A stretch of DNA of 64,000 nt from NCBI GenBank assembly GCA_964612745.1, contig CAZTCH010000001.1:77387-141386 (forward strand). The letters are read 5' to 3'. Source of the DNA: an uncultured Candidatus Saccharibacteria bacterium. Its GTDB lineage: Bacteria > Patescibacteriota > Doudnabacteria > UBA920. The translations under genes were made by a program, and so were the position numbers. Below, one piece after another: positions 29,446 through 39,378 of this stretch. Positions within the stretch are counted from its first letter, which is position 1. Every line of letters begins with the position of its first letter. Under the pieces are notes generated by a model. The model made no database searches. It was not told the DNA's origin and was given only the letters and a program-made list of their open reading frames with translations.

Positions 29446-32130
29446 ATGAACGAACAAGAGATTTCACAATTACGCGCGGTTGGGTTACTCCCACAGTCTG
29501 AACAGACTGTGGCTCCTTCGGCGCACCCAACAGCGGCACCGACACATGTGCAGCATGTGCTTGCCACAGCAGACGATGCACTGGTGACCGAGCGTGGGGT
29601 GGTGACAACTCCAAAGATTTCTAAAATGTGGGAAATTGCACTGGTGGCAATCTTGCTCATTATTACTGCAGTAGCACATGGTACCAACATGTTGCAGTAC
29701 CCATACTACGAAAACGACGAAGGGACTTATATGTCACAAGCGTGGTCCGTGGTTACCTCTGGAACTTTGAGCCCGTACACGTACTGGTATGACCATGCAC
29801 CTGCTGGGTGGTTCTTTATTGCTGCATTTACCAAATTGGTTGGCGGATTCTTTGCATTTGGCACGAGCATAGACACGGGCCGAGTATTTATGTGGCTACT
29901 GCACGTGGTATCTGTATTTTTCGTCTATAGTATTGCCAAGCAACTCACCAAGGGGCGAGTACTGGCTGGGCTTGTCGCTGGATTAGTGTTTGCGTTATCT
30001 CCTCTGGCTCTCTACTTTGGCAGACGGGTGTTGCTAGATAATATGATGGTGTTCTGGGTGTTGTTGTCCTTGTGGACGTTAGTACGGGCAAAGGTGACCT
30101 TGCGCGCAACAGTGTTTGCAGCAGCTGCGTTTGGGGTTGCGGTGCTTACCAAAGAAACTGCGGTGTTTTTCTTGCCAGCATTTCTCTATGTGGTTTGGGC
30201 TGGTGTGCATAAATCACACCGTGTGTTTGGTTTGTCGCTCTGGGTGACTATCTCTGGCTTAGTGATTTCGCTGTATCCGTTGTACGCACTTATAAAGTCA
30301 GAATTCTTTCCTGCAAGCTGGTTTGGTTCGGGAAAGCACGTGAGTCTTTTGGAAACACTCAAGTTTCAGGCAGGGCGTGGTTCAGGGTTGCCGTTTTGGA
30401 ATACCCAGAGTGAGTTTTACACCAACTTGGTAGAGTGGTTTCACCGCGATACCGCACTTATGGTTATAGGTGGGAGCGCCCTGCTCCTTGGGCTTGTGTT
30501 TGCATATGCACGCAAAGAGTTTCGCGCGCCGTTGCTATTTGCAGTGTGTATGCTGTGGTTTTTGATGCGTGGTGGTATTATTATCAACTTTTACATTTTG
30601 CCACTGATTCCATTTCTCGCTTTGCTGATTGGTCTTGTGGTGTCACTGCTTGCAGAATCATTTAGTAAATTTTTGGTGAGCATAGACTGGGCGAAAGGAA
30701 TTGCGTATACGTATGCCGGTGCTGCAGTGGTTGCATGTGCGTTGTTCGTGGTGCCAATGCTTGCACAGTCTGGGGCGATTTACACAACAGACGAAACCGC
30801 GCCAATGAAACAGGCGCTCGAGTGGACCAAGCAAAACTTAGATCCGACTGCAGTTATGGTAGTGGACAACGCTATTTTTGTGGATTTGCGTGAAAGCCGT
30901 TTTGCTGGGGACCCTGCATTCAGCAATGCCGAGTGGTTTTGGAAAGTAGAAAAAGACCCAACAGTGTTTGCAGAGCGTATTGGTGGTGACTGGTTACACG
31001 TTGACTACGTGTTGTTGTCTCACGAAATGGTTCGCCAAATTAGTGACTATCAAATAACGTTGACCAAAGACATTTTGCCGCACACAAGTCTGGTGACTGG
31101 GTGGACTGGTGGGGGAGCGTTCTTGGATTTAGATAAATATATAAGTACAAATGGTGACTGGATGCGGGTGTACAAAGTGCATAGCCAAGAAGAGTTTGTA
31201 GGGGAAACACTCTGGCGTGCAGATGTAGCGCAGTATGTGCACAGCTATGGCCAAGTTGTGCCAGAGTCTGGTGTGACTACTGCAAGCACCCAAGCAGATA
31301 TGCTGCTTCGTGCAGTGCTGGTAGATGACCAGAAGACTTTTGCTGGGTTGTGGGCATGGACCCGTGACCATATGCAACACCGACAAGGGGATAAGCTCGT
31401 TTCCGAAGGCTGGCAGAATGGTTCTGCTGCAGTAGATTACAACGCGTACCTTGCCCCAAATCAAGATATCGCTACTGCGCTTATTTTGGCAGGACGCAAG
31501 TGGAAACAAGCAGAGTACACAACAGCAGGAACAGAAATTGTTGCAGACATTTGGAACAAACTCGCTATTTCTGCAAATGGACAAACACTGCTTGCAAGTT
31601 CTACGAAGCAAGGTGTGCAAGAAAGCAGACTGGTTAACACCAGCTTGCTTGCTCCGGCGTCCTACCGACTCTTTGCGCAAGTGGATAAAAGCCGCCCATG
31701 GGCTACACTAGCAGACCAAAGCTATACGTTGTTGCCAAACACAACTGCAACACTTACGAAAGAACTTACTGTTTCTAAATCCGGGGTAATTACCAAAGTT
31801 ACTTCTGGTGCATATGCACCTGCTGTTGTAGAGAAGCATGTAGCACAAGATGCTGTGTGGTTCGAAACTGATACTGCTCAGGCTTGGTTTACTACAAGCA
31901 CTGGCGAAGTTGCAAGTCTGACTACGGCAACTGTGAAAGACAAGCAATTGGCACAAGAGCTGTACGCGGAAGCCATTGCAACACACTTTAACAGAACAGA
32001 AAAAGCATGGGCTACAGAACTCGGATTTACAGAAAAGAGTGCTCTGTGGCAAGCATTTAGTTTGTTTGCTCCAGACCAGCGACTTATATCGGTTCTGCGA
32101 AATATAACCCCAGTAGTAGCAACGAAATAG
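29446..32130 (+). CDS. GT-C fold glycosyltransferase family 39 (PMT/ArnT-like) with large C-terminal extracytoplasmic domain, possibly an (alpha/alpha)6 glycosidase-like fold
   Basis: DE motif just after the first TM (YYENDEGTYMSQAW), about 11 TM helices, then about 450 aa soluble domain with GH8-like hints (DIATALILAGRKW). Confidence 0.65.
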   Translation: MNEQEISQLRAVGLLPQSEQTVAPSAHPTAAPTHVQHVLATADDALVTERGVVTTPKISKMWEIALVAILLIITAVAHGTNMLQYPYYENDEGTYMSQAWSVVTSGTLSPYTYWYDHAPAGWFFIAAFTKLVGGFFAFGTSIDTGRVFMWLLHVVSVFFVYSIAKQLTKGRVLAGLVAGLVFALSPLALYFGRRVLLDNMMVFWVLLSLWTLVRAKVTLRATVFAAAAFGVAVLTKETAVFFLPAFLYVVWAGVHKSHRVFGLSLWVTISGLVISLYPLYALIKSEFFPASWFGSGKHVSLLETLKFQAGRGSGLPFWNTQSEFYTNLVEWFHRDTALMVIGGSALLLGLVFAYARKEFRAPLLFAVCMLWFLMRGGIIINFYILPLIPFLALLIGLVVSLLAESFSKFLVSIDWAKGIAYTYAGAAVVACALFVVPMLAQSGAIYTTDETAPMKQALEWTKQNLDPTAVMVVDNAIFVDLRESRFAGDPAFSNAEWFWKVEKDPTVFAERIGGDWLHVDYVLLSHEMVRQISDYQITLTKDILPHTSLVTGWTGGGAFLDLDKYISTNGDWMRVYKVHSQEEFVGETLWRADVAQYVHSYGQVVPESGVTTASTQADMLLRAVLVDDQKTFAGLWAWTRDHMQHRQGDKLVSEGWQNGSAAVDYNAYLAPNQDIATALILAGRKWKQAEYTTAGTEIVADIWNKLAISANGQTLLASSTKQGVQESRLVNTSLLAPASYRLFAQVDKSRPWATLADQSYTLLPNTTATLTKELTVSKSGVITKVTSGAYAPAVVEKHVAQDAVWFETDTAQAWFTTSTGEVASLTTATVKDKQLAQELYAEAIATHFNRTEKAWATELGFTEKSALWQAFSLFAPDQRLISVLRNITPVVATK

Positions 32131-32137
32131 TTACTAT

Positions 32138-32192
32138 GCATACTCGGGCAGTGCTGTGTGTGTAAAACTTGCACCCACGGCACTGCCCGAGT
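32138..32192 (+). terminator. Long hairpin (15-bp stem) after the GT-C gene
   Basis: atactcgggcagtgc ... gcactgcccgagtat inverted repeat. Confidence 0.5.
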
Positions 32193-32438
32193 ATGGGGCT
32201 TTGCAAATCTAGCATTTGTGCTAAAATATCCGCTGGTAAAAATGCCGTTTGAAACGTGCACGTAAGACTCTGGACGCCCAGAAATACTTGCGTTTGCGAA
32301 CAGATGGTAGCACTGATTCCGCTACAATTTGTTGGGTGCCATACAGGTAGCCCGCCTCCACTCATTGTTTCCCAGAAATATGGGCCGACAATGTTTCGGA
32401 TAGTGTCCACGAATCCATAAAAGCCGAAGGAGGCAATT

Positions 32439-33188
32439 ATGAAACGCAGTTTATTTCGGTTGCTGCTGGTATTATTGATGAGCACAACTGCTCTCGCACA
32501 ATATCAGATACCTGAAAGAGTAAGCGCAGCGCTCCCTGAGCGCATGTGCAACTCTTGCACAACACAGATTGCGCCACTGACCTGCTCGCCGATTATTGAA
32601 TTTGATTTCTTTAGCGGCAACTCGGGCGGCGATCAACCGCGCCAGCTTGGCCACTTCGTTTTTAACCAGTTTTCCGAAGATTGGAAAACGGAATACTTCA
32701 CGACAGATACATTCACTAACGCTTATGGCAAGACAGTAATCGGCCGTGACGAAGCGAAAAGTTGGGTGAAGTATAAAATCAGCATGAGTGGCTGGGTAGA
32801 GATTGAAGCCTGGCTCCAAGGGGCGAGTGTCCAAACAAGCGGAGAAAACCATTTTAGCGGGGGCGCTATCGAAATGCGCCTACGCGGGTATAAGAACACT
32901 CTTGGCGGCTTTACAGTTGTTGAGATGTGGTCTTCACCAGAGGGTTTTCGTCTCAGTTCATTTGGTTCGACATTGAATTATGGGAGCTTCGCTGGACTTC
33001 CCAGTATGCAATGTTGGAGCAATATGTCCATTAATGCGCCGGCGTACGGCGGATACAACCGGGTTGTTTTGAATCAAATCTTAAACGACTGGGACATGTT
33101 GTATTACCGGCCAGTCGAAGTTGGAAAGCCTGGGACGGACGTTTTGTTCAATTTTTTACCGGTTAAGATCACTTTTCCTGGCTGTTAA
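32439..33188 (+). CDS. Secreted protein of unknown function
   Basis: Signal peptide MKRSLFRLLLVLLMSTTALAQ. 249 aa, Cys-containing, no known motif. Confidence 0.5.
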   Translation: MKRSLFRLLLVLLMSTTALAQYQIPERVSAALPERMCNSCTTQIAPLTCSPIIEFDFFSGNSGGDQPRQLGHFVFNQFSEDWKTEYFTTDTFTNAYGKTVIGRDEAKSWVKYKISMSGWVEIEAWLQGASVQTSGENHFSGGAIEMRLRGYKNTLGGFTVVEMWSSPEGFRLSSFGSTLNYGSFAGLPSMQCWSNMSINAPAYGGYNRVVLNQILNDWDMLYYRPVEVGKPGTDVLFNFLPVKITFPGC

Positions 33189-33459
33189 AATCTGCGCGTT
33201 TCGCAGGGGGTGGTTTAGCTATTTGGTTTGTTAGTTAGTGTTAAAACTAATGTAACAACCAAAGATGCTAAGCCACCCACCTTTTCCATTTCTGGTTAGT
33301 AGAGGTTTGTGCGTAAAGTATTTGCGCATGTACCTGTATTCAAACCAGTATATAGTTTCAAAAAACAAATATACACGTTTGCATGCAAAACTTCGACGCC
33401 TATGAAGTTATAGGATTGTTGGAGTTGTCCTTTCTCAATTCTCAGGGGGAGAAAAAGAA

Positions 33460-34236
33460 ATGAAACAGTTCATTGTTTCAGTATTGCTTTGCGTGCTTCT
33501 ATCGTTTGCTGTATTTGCACAAAGCTCAATCTTAGAGCGTCGTGTAGTAAATGCAGCGAGCTTTGAAGACGCAGTAGCGCCTGGGTCAATCGCAGCGATT
33601 TTTACCAATCCTACGCTTCATACCTCGGCTTCACTCAAAAACACGAAAATTACAATCACGGATCGCAGAAAAATTGCGCATTCGATTGAGACGATTTTCT
33701 TTTCAGCGCCTACGCAGACAAATTTCTACATTCCGAAAAATGTGGCAACTGGCCCTGCGGAGGTTGAAGTAAAAACTGGTGCTTTTGAGATTTCAAAAAC
33801 TACGATAATCCTAACGCATATCGCACCTGGCCTGTTTTCCGCAAACTCCAACGGTGTTGGGGTTCCGGCGGCGGTTCTACTGCGTGTGTCACCTGGAGGA
33901 GTACAGACGTACATCCCTCTGTTTCGCTTTAGTGAAATAGAGCGGAAGTATGTACCTATTCCTATTGACCTTGCGACTGACAAAGTATTTTTGGTTCTGT
34001 TTGGAACTGGAATACGGAACAATCCTGCTTTAGAGGATGTAAAAGTCTTTTTGGGAAACGTGAGCGTGCCAGTGTATTACGCTGGCTCACAAGGACTACC
34101 AAGTACCGAACGGGAATTTTTGGGGTTGGATCAAGTTAATGTGTTGTTGCCGACAAACTTACCCTCTGGGCAGTATGTCGTGTCAATGAACACCGCCAAT
34201 CTGCCAACTAACAACCTTGTCATACAAGTTCGCTAA
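33460..34236 (+). CDS. Secreted protein with Ig-like domain resembling TIGR03437 (Soli_cterm) family
   Basis: Signal peptide. Motif RRVVNAASFEDAVAPGSIAAIFTN is typical of that Ig-like family. Confidence 0.5.
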   Translation: MKQFIVSVLLCVLLSFAVFAQSSILERRVVNAASFEDAVAPGSIAAIFTNPTLHTSASLKNTKITITDRRKIAHSIETIFFSAPTQTNFYIPKNVATGPAEVEVKTGAFEISKTTIILTHIAPGLFSANSNGVGVPAAVLLRVSPGGVQTYIPLFRFSEIERKYVPIPIDLATDKVFLVLFGTGIRNNPALEDVKVFLGNVSVPVYYAGSQGLPSTEREFLGLDQVNVLLPTNLPSGQYVVSMNTANLPTNNLVIQVR

Positions 34237-34248
34237 AGGAGCATCGTC

Positions 34249-34917
34249 ATGAACAGATTATTCGCAGCCGTACTTCTTAGTGCGGTATGTTTTTATTCAT
34301 CTTCAGAGCAAGTATCTGCGCAAACAGCTCCTACGATAAGAATCACAGTCGTCAATGATTCTGAAGGAGTAAATAGGACCGCTCAGGGGCCGGTGCTTAC
34401 AGTGCCTGCGTATGGTAAGGTGATCGCTATTTCAAACGCAGAAGCATACGGAAGATTGCCCAACGGTGGGTACGTGTGGAACGACGACCCTTCTAACCCA
34501 TCACCGGGGATGAACGAAGAGTTGGTGGCGTTTATTGCCTGGGTCACCCCAAATATTTTTGACGTATGGCTTTCGGTGGAAAAGTTTTATCTTCCAACGA
34601 AAGACATTTTTCCAAGAGGCTTTGGCCCAGAGGTTGCCCTGCGTGTGACAATAAGCCACAAAGATGGCAAGCCACAGCTTCTTGTTCAAAACAAGCAGAC
34701 TAAAATGGGGTTCCTGCAGTTTAACGTTCCAGGTGGTGATGCAACATTACCTCAAACGTTGAAAGACAGGCAACTCTCGGGGGTTGTGTGGACAACGCCT
34801 GACGGTACACAATTGATTTGTGGTCTTCAAACAAGTCCCGAAACATATACAGCCATGAGGATTAAAAAACCTGATGGTAAGTTTGTTGACTTTGTCACAC
34901 TCACTCTTGAGCCGTGA
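34249..34917 (+). CDS. Secreted protein of unknown function
   Basis: Signal peptide MNRLFAAVLLSAVCF. 222 aa. Confidence 0.5.
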   Translation: MNRLFAAVLLSAVCFYSSSEQVSAQTAPTIRITVVNDSEGVNRTAQGPVLTVPAYGKVIAISNAEAYGRLPNGGYVWNDDPSNPSPGMNEELVAFIAWVTPNIFDVWLSVEKFYLPTKDIFPRGFGPEVALRVTISHKDGKPQLLVQNKQTKMGFLQFNVPGGDATLPQTLKDRQLSGVVWTTPDGTQLICGLQTSPETYTAMRIKKPDGKFVDFVTLTLEP

Positions 34918-35123
34918 TTCGGTTGTTTCATTTCAAAACAAAAGCGATTGCTAGTTCTGGGGTGTTTATCCTAGAGTTAGTAATCGCTTTTTCCTTTTTT
35001 ACTCTAGCCAGAGGTGCGAACTTCTGGCATACTGAAGGCAAACAAACAGTGCTGGTAAGCGAAGTGCTTGCCCATGCACTGTTTATTTATTTTCAAAATA
35101 AAATCACATACTGAGGAGGGGTG

Positions 35124-35297
35124 ATGACTAAAAGAGAGATAGTATTTTGGTTTGTTGTTTTGTTCTTGCTAACGGCGCTGTTCTGCTTTGGGCCGTTAGT
35201 GGTTCAGATGATGATTGAATCTAAGAATACGAGCGCTGCTATGCCTTCGTATACGTTCTCAACACAAAAGGGTTACCCTTGCGCTTTGCATGGGTAA
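35124..35297 (+). CDS. 57-aa small membrane peptide
   Basis: Strong SD (gaggagg) 4-5 nt upstream of the ATG, one TM helix. Stop lies inside the terminator hairpin. Under 60 aa, so absent from the ORF track. Confidence 0.35.
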   Translation: MTKREIVFWFVVLFLLTALFCFGPLVVQMMIESKNTSAAMPSYTFSTQKGYPCALHG

Positions 35298-35306
35298 CCC
35301 TTTTTC
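35268..35306. terminator. Bidirectional terminator hairpin (aaagggttaccc...gggtaaccctttt)
   Basis: 12-bp stem with T-run on the + strand and A-run (T-run on the minus strand). Serves the convergent genes. The same gggttaccc motif recurs at 55664-55700. Confidence 0.6.
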
Positions 35307-35317
35307 TTTTTTATACT

Positions 35318-37423
35318 TTATTTTATTGTTGTGCCGGTGCGGTAGGTGACGAATTCTGCTTGGTTTACGGTGACTACTTTTGCGGGGTCAATGTTCAGTC
35401 TGGTTGCAGCTGCAGGTGTGATGTAGCGTTTAACGCTGCCTTCTATTTTGTAGACTCTGGCGTTGTTCGCTACTTTTATGTATTCCACATCGTCGTACGA
35501 GTCGAGGATTTCTTGGTTTACCATAACCACGTCTTCCCATTTCCCGCCGTAGCTCAAGAATATTTGTGCATTGAGTACGGGCATTTTTGCGCCCCACAAG
35601 GTTACCCAGTATACAGTTGGGTCACCATCTACTCGCACATATTTACCCATTGGGGAGTTTGGGGTGTTGCTACCAATCGTAAATGCCTGTTTTGCTGTTT
35701 CGCTTAAGGTAAGTGCGAATGAGTCTAAAGTTGCTTGGGTCAAGCGATAGGTGCCAGTTTGTCCAATGAGCACTGTTGGGTTTAGGGTGAAGCCAGTAGC
35801 TGTACTAAATGCATTCACGCCGTATTTTGTTTGCAAGTAGTTTGCAACGTCGGTGCGCACTTGTGTTGGTGCCCAAGATGTAGCAACCACTGCGCCGGTT
35901 ATCGTGTTCTGAAACGAAAAGACAATGACCGGAGTAAGGATGTTTGCGCTATTGTACGCCCAGCCAGACAATGTAGTCGCGCTGACGCTGTCTACATATC
36001 CTTCTGCTACTTTGGCGGTAGGAGTGGTTGCAGGCTTCACGACAAATGTAAATACTTTTTGAGCGGTTGCGCCAGTAGCATCAGTGACTTTTACGGGTAC
36101 TTGGTAAGTGCCGGCAAAGGGCATTATTTGTCCGGAGTTTATCGAAACAAATGTACCATTGCTATTTAGCTGCGTGTAGCAGCAAGGGTAGGCGTTGTAT
36201 TGCCCCGAAAGAGTGCTCCAAGTGTATGGAGCGGTGCCCCCAGAAGCAGCAAGGGAGATGCTGTACGCTGCACCAACCATGCCATCTTGGAGTTGGTCAG
36301 GAGTGGTAATGGCAAGTATTTGCGAGGTTGTACCGGTAATAGTGAATGTTGGGCCGTAGAATGGCGTTGCAGGTGTGCTGGTGACTGGTGTGCCATTGTT
36401 TTGTAGCGCGTCTAACCCAAGTCGCATAGTGCCAGCACTCGCTGCGCCAATAGATGCACTGACTTCGAGGCTCACGGTGGTGTTCGCCGGAATAGTCAGG
36501 GCAGGAGAAAAGGTAATGGTGGCATAGCGAGTAGCACCTTCTACCATGTTCAGTGTGATCGCTGTCGTGCCGACAAATGCAGTGCGATCTTTGTACAGTC
36601 TCATGTTGCTAAACTGGTCGCGGCTCGCAGAGTCAGAAACAACACGCAGAGAAGTGACAGTTGCAGGAGTGTTCCCAGCGCGTAGTCCGAAGTTGGCAAA
36701 AGTGTAGTTGCTGGTGCTGGCAGGGATAACGGTGGCAACACCAGACAATGACTCGCTCAGAGTAAGGGTACCGTTCGCGAGAGTGCCCGCAGCTGCGACT
36801 GGAATGCTTCTGCTACTGCTAGTGCCAGATTGGTTTGTAACGGCGAACGTAGCAGTACCTGTGCCATTACCCAGCAGTACATTGATTTGTGTTGCGCTTT
36901 GGAAGCTAATGGTACCAGTGATAGTCCCAGTAGAAACGAGCTGGTTACCGGTTGCTGCAAACGTGCCATAGAGCACGACGAATGCGCCGCTAGTTGCTTG
37001 CGAGTTGTTGTACTGTGGAGTGGCGTTTGGGTCAAAGCCTTGAATGCCGGTGAGTGTTGGGGCAGTGCTTGTGGTCCCACTGGCATTTACTTTCCAAGGG
37101 ATAATACTGTACACACCAAGACCACTTCCGTCAGTCACGTGGACACCAAGTTCAAACGTGCCTGCTTGGGTTGGGGTGCCACTAAACACGCCAGAGCTTG
37201 CAAGCGTCATGCTTGTTCCGGGGTGTGTCAGGTACCATTTTTCAAAAACAATAGTGCCACTTCCAGTTGCAGAAAGCTGGGAGGAGTACGCTTGACCGAC
37301 GGTGCCGTCTGGTAAACTTGTGGTGACTACCATGGGGGCAGCAAGGGCAGCGCGAGGTACGCCGGCGAGAGTCAAGGCGCACACCAGCGAAAATAGCCCA
37401 AAAACCTTTAGAAATCTGTGCAT
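35318..37423 (-). CDS. Large secreted cell-surface protein with He_PIG (putative Ig) domains, Thr/Ser/Gly-rich
   Basis: Signal peptide. Two motifs LPDGTVGQAYSSQLSATGSG and GMVGAAYSISLAASGGTAPYTW are typical of PF05345. 701 aa, beta-rich. Confidence 0.6.
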   Translation of the reverse strand: MHRFLKVFGLFSLVCALTLAGVPRAALAAPMVVTTSLPDGTVGQAYSSQLSATGSGTIVFEKWYLTHPGTSMTLASSGVFSGTPTQAGTFELGVHVTDGSGLGVYSIIPWKVNASGTTSTAPTLTGIQGFDPNATPQYNNSQATSGAFVVLYGTFAATGNQLVSTGTITGTISFQSATQINVLLGNGTGTATFAVTNQSGTSSSRSIPVAAAGTLANGTLTLSESLSGVATVIPASTSNYTFANFGLRAGNTPATVTSLRVVSDSASRDQFSNMRLYKDRTAFVGTTAITLNMVEGATRYATITFSPALTIPANTTVSLEVSASIGAASAGTMRLGLDALQNNGTPVTSTPATPFYGPTFTITGTTSQILAITTPDQLQDGMVGAAYSISLAASGGTAPYTWSTLSGQYNAYPCCYTQLNSNGTFVSINSGQIMPFAGTYQVPVKVTDATGATAQKVFTFVVKPATTPTAKVAEGYVDSVSATTLSGWAYNSANILTPVIVFSFQNTITGAVVATSWAPTQVRTDVANYLQTKYGVNAFSTATGFTLNPTVLIGQTGTYRLTQATLDSFALTLSETAKQAFTIGSNTPNSPMGKYVRVDGDPTVYWVTLWGAKMPVLNAQIFLSYGGKWEDVVMVNQEILDSYDDVEYIKVANNARVYKIEGSVKRYITPAAATRLNIDPAKVVTVNQAEFVTYRTGTTIK

Positions 37424-37451
37424 AAAATCAAATATTACGAATGAGTGTACC

Positions 37452-39092
37452 TTATTGTACCAGATATTTGGTCACAACAATCCATGTGCCAGAATATGGC
37501 CTGACATCGGCAAAACCGGCTTCGTCGGCCTGCTTCCAATTGCTGGGCACTGTTGGTTTGTTGCTCCCAAACGCGTTGGTCCATAACAGCCACACGGTGT
37601 CACCTGTTTTTACTGCATCGGCAAAGGAGGGGAGTAAATCTGCATCTGTGAGAATGGCGGTACCTACAAAGTGAGGCAGATTTTTTACAGATGTATTGCC
37701 GCCAGAGTAGAGCATGGGTCTGGGCCATTCTGCAGTCCGGTCCAAGGTTCGTATTTGTGCGGGCGGTGCGTCATCGCTTAAATCTTCGAGGCTGTATCGC
37801 GAAGACGACATGGTAGTGGTTTGGGTGACGATTGCTGCGGGTGGGGTAAGTTGCGATAAGTAGTATTTTAGGTTAAAGAATTCAAAGCTCGTCCCTACAT
37901 AGAGTTTGTCGGTTGGTGTCGCGTGACTCTGTAAGTAGGTCGCAGCTCCAGCCATACCAGTTTTTTTAGTAATGTCTAACTTCTGCCAGTTATTGGCAAA
38001 CACAAGTACACACACAATGGCGTATGCAGCTGTTGCGGTCCAAATAAGCCACGAACGTTTCCACGAGTCTATCCAGAGTGCGAGAGCTGCCAGAAGAAAA
38101 GCTGATGCGTACAAAAAGTATCGCACAAGGTAAACCGAAGAGCTTTGGCCTTTTACAAATGCAAGCAGTGCAAACAGGAGAGAGCCTGCAAAGGGTGCGG
38201 CAAACAGAAATGCCACGAGCCACACGTGAGTATTTTTTTGTTTTTTGAGAAGGAGGGCAAAAATACTGACGAGTACAATGGTGGTAACTGCCAAAGTGAT
38301 TTTGGTCGTTGTTTTTGCAATGTCCGACTCAAGGCCAAATGTGACCTGCCACAGTGTGGAAGGAATGCTCCACCAATTGAGTGGTGGAATCCAATACCCC
38401 GCACCAACTTGTTTAAACTGGAAGATAAACCAATTTGTCCACGGTAAAAACAAGAGGATTGTGGTCAGGTATCCAGTGGCGAGTGGTGCGTAGGCGCGTA
38501 TATCTTTTTTGAAATGCACTGCGGTGTAGAGTAAGGCGTACACGCATGCAGCTACCACAGAAAAAAGTAAGTAGTAGTGGGTGAGCGCAGCAATCCCTGC
38601 CAGAGCTCCAAACGCGACAAATAATTTGAATTTATTTTTTATTTCCGTGCTGTTCAGGGCTTTTGCCAGCACCCACGCCATGCTTACCGCGAGAAATGCG
38701 CCAAATGTGTACATACGTGCTTCGGTGGCGTATTGGATTTGAAATGGGTTGACGACTATAGCAAGTGCGGCGATTGTCGCAGCTCTGGGGCTTTTAAAGA
38801 TATCTCGCACAAATCCGTACGTAGTTGCTGCTGTTGCCAGCCCAAAGAATACCGAAAAGCCACGCAGGGCGAGCAGTGAGTCGCCAAGCAGCATGCTCCA
38901 TAACCGGAGCGCAACGTAATACGCTGGTGGGTGCACGTCCAGACCGATACGGTAGAACATCTCACCCCACGGGTAGTGAATGAGCAGTGCGGAAAATGCT
39001 TCGTCATGCCACAAAGAAATGCTCGTGTTGTGGTAGAGGCGAAGGAAAAGACCAAAGGCAAGGATAGAGACGAGAGCGAGGTATTTTTTCAT
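37452..39092 (-). CDS. GT-C fold glycosyltransferase family 39 (ArnT/PMT-like)
   Basis: N-terminal TM then a DE motif (LWHDEAFSALL). About 12 TM helices plus a C-terminal soluble domain. Confidence 0.7.
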   Translation of the reverse strand: MKKYLALVSILAFGLFLRLYHNTSISLWHDEAFSALLIHYPWGEMFYRIGLDVHPPAYYVALRLWSMLLGDSLLALRGFSVFFGLATAATTYGFVRDIFKSPRAATIAALAIVVNPFQIQYATEARMYTFGAFLAVSMAWVLAKALNSTEIKNKFKLFVAFGALAGIAALTHYYLLFSVVAACVYALLYTAVHFKKDIRAYAPLATGYLTTILLFLPWTNWFIFQFKQVGAGYWIPPLNWWSIPSTLWQVTFGLESDIAKTTTKITLAVTTIVLVSIFALLLKKQKNTHVWLVAFLFAAPFAGSLLFALLAFVKGQSSSVYLVRYFLYASAFLLAALALWIDSWKRSWLIWTATAAYAIVCVLVFANNWQKLDITKKTGMAGAATYLQSHATPTDKLYVGTSFEFFNLKYYLSQLTPPAAIVTQTTTMSSSRYSLEDLSDDAPPAQIRTLDRTAEWPRPMLYSGGNTSVKNLPHFVGTAILTDADLLPSFADAVKTGDTVWLLWTNAFGSNKPTVPSNWKQADEAGFADVRPYSGTWIVVTKYLVQ

Positions 39093-39378
39093 GGTAACTA
39101 AGTTACAAATACGTAATTCGTAATGCGCAATGTGAAATCAGAATTCAGAACTCCGAAACAAACTCCAATCCACAATCCGCCAAACGGCGGAGGCGGACGA
39201 AATCTAAGTTTTAAACATTGGGATTTATTCTTGATGGGCTCTGTGTATAGTTTACAGTTTTGAGTTGAAGTTTTGCGTTTTGACTTTTGAATTTTGAGTT
39301 ACATTTGTATTTATTTGGGCTTTGTCCGCCAGCTGGCGGATTGGAATTTATTTGAATTTGTTGTTTGTTATTTGGTAT
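39093..39378. repeat. Dispersed intergenic element containing a 52-bp conserved motif (39250-39301) flanked by an internal inverted repeat (ccaatccgcc...ggcggattgg)
   Basis: gtttacagttttgagttgaagttttgcgttttgacttttgaattttgagtta is identical to 44719-44770. Heptamer ttttgNN periodicity. Confidence 0.55.
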
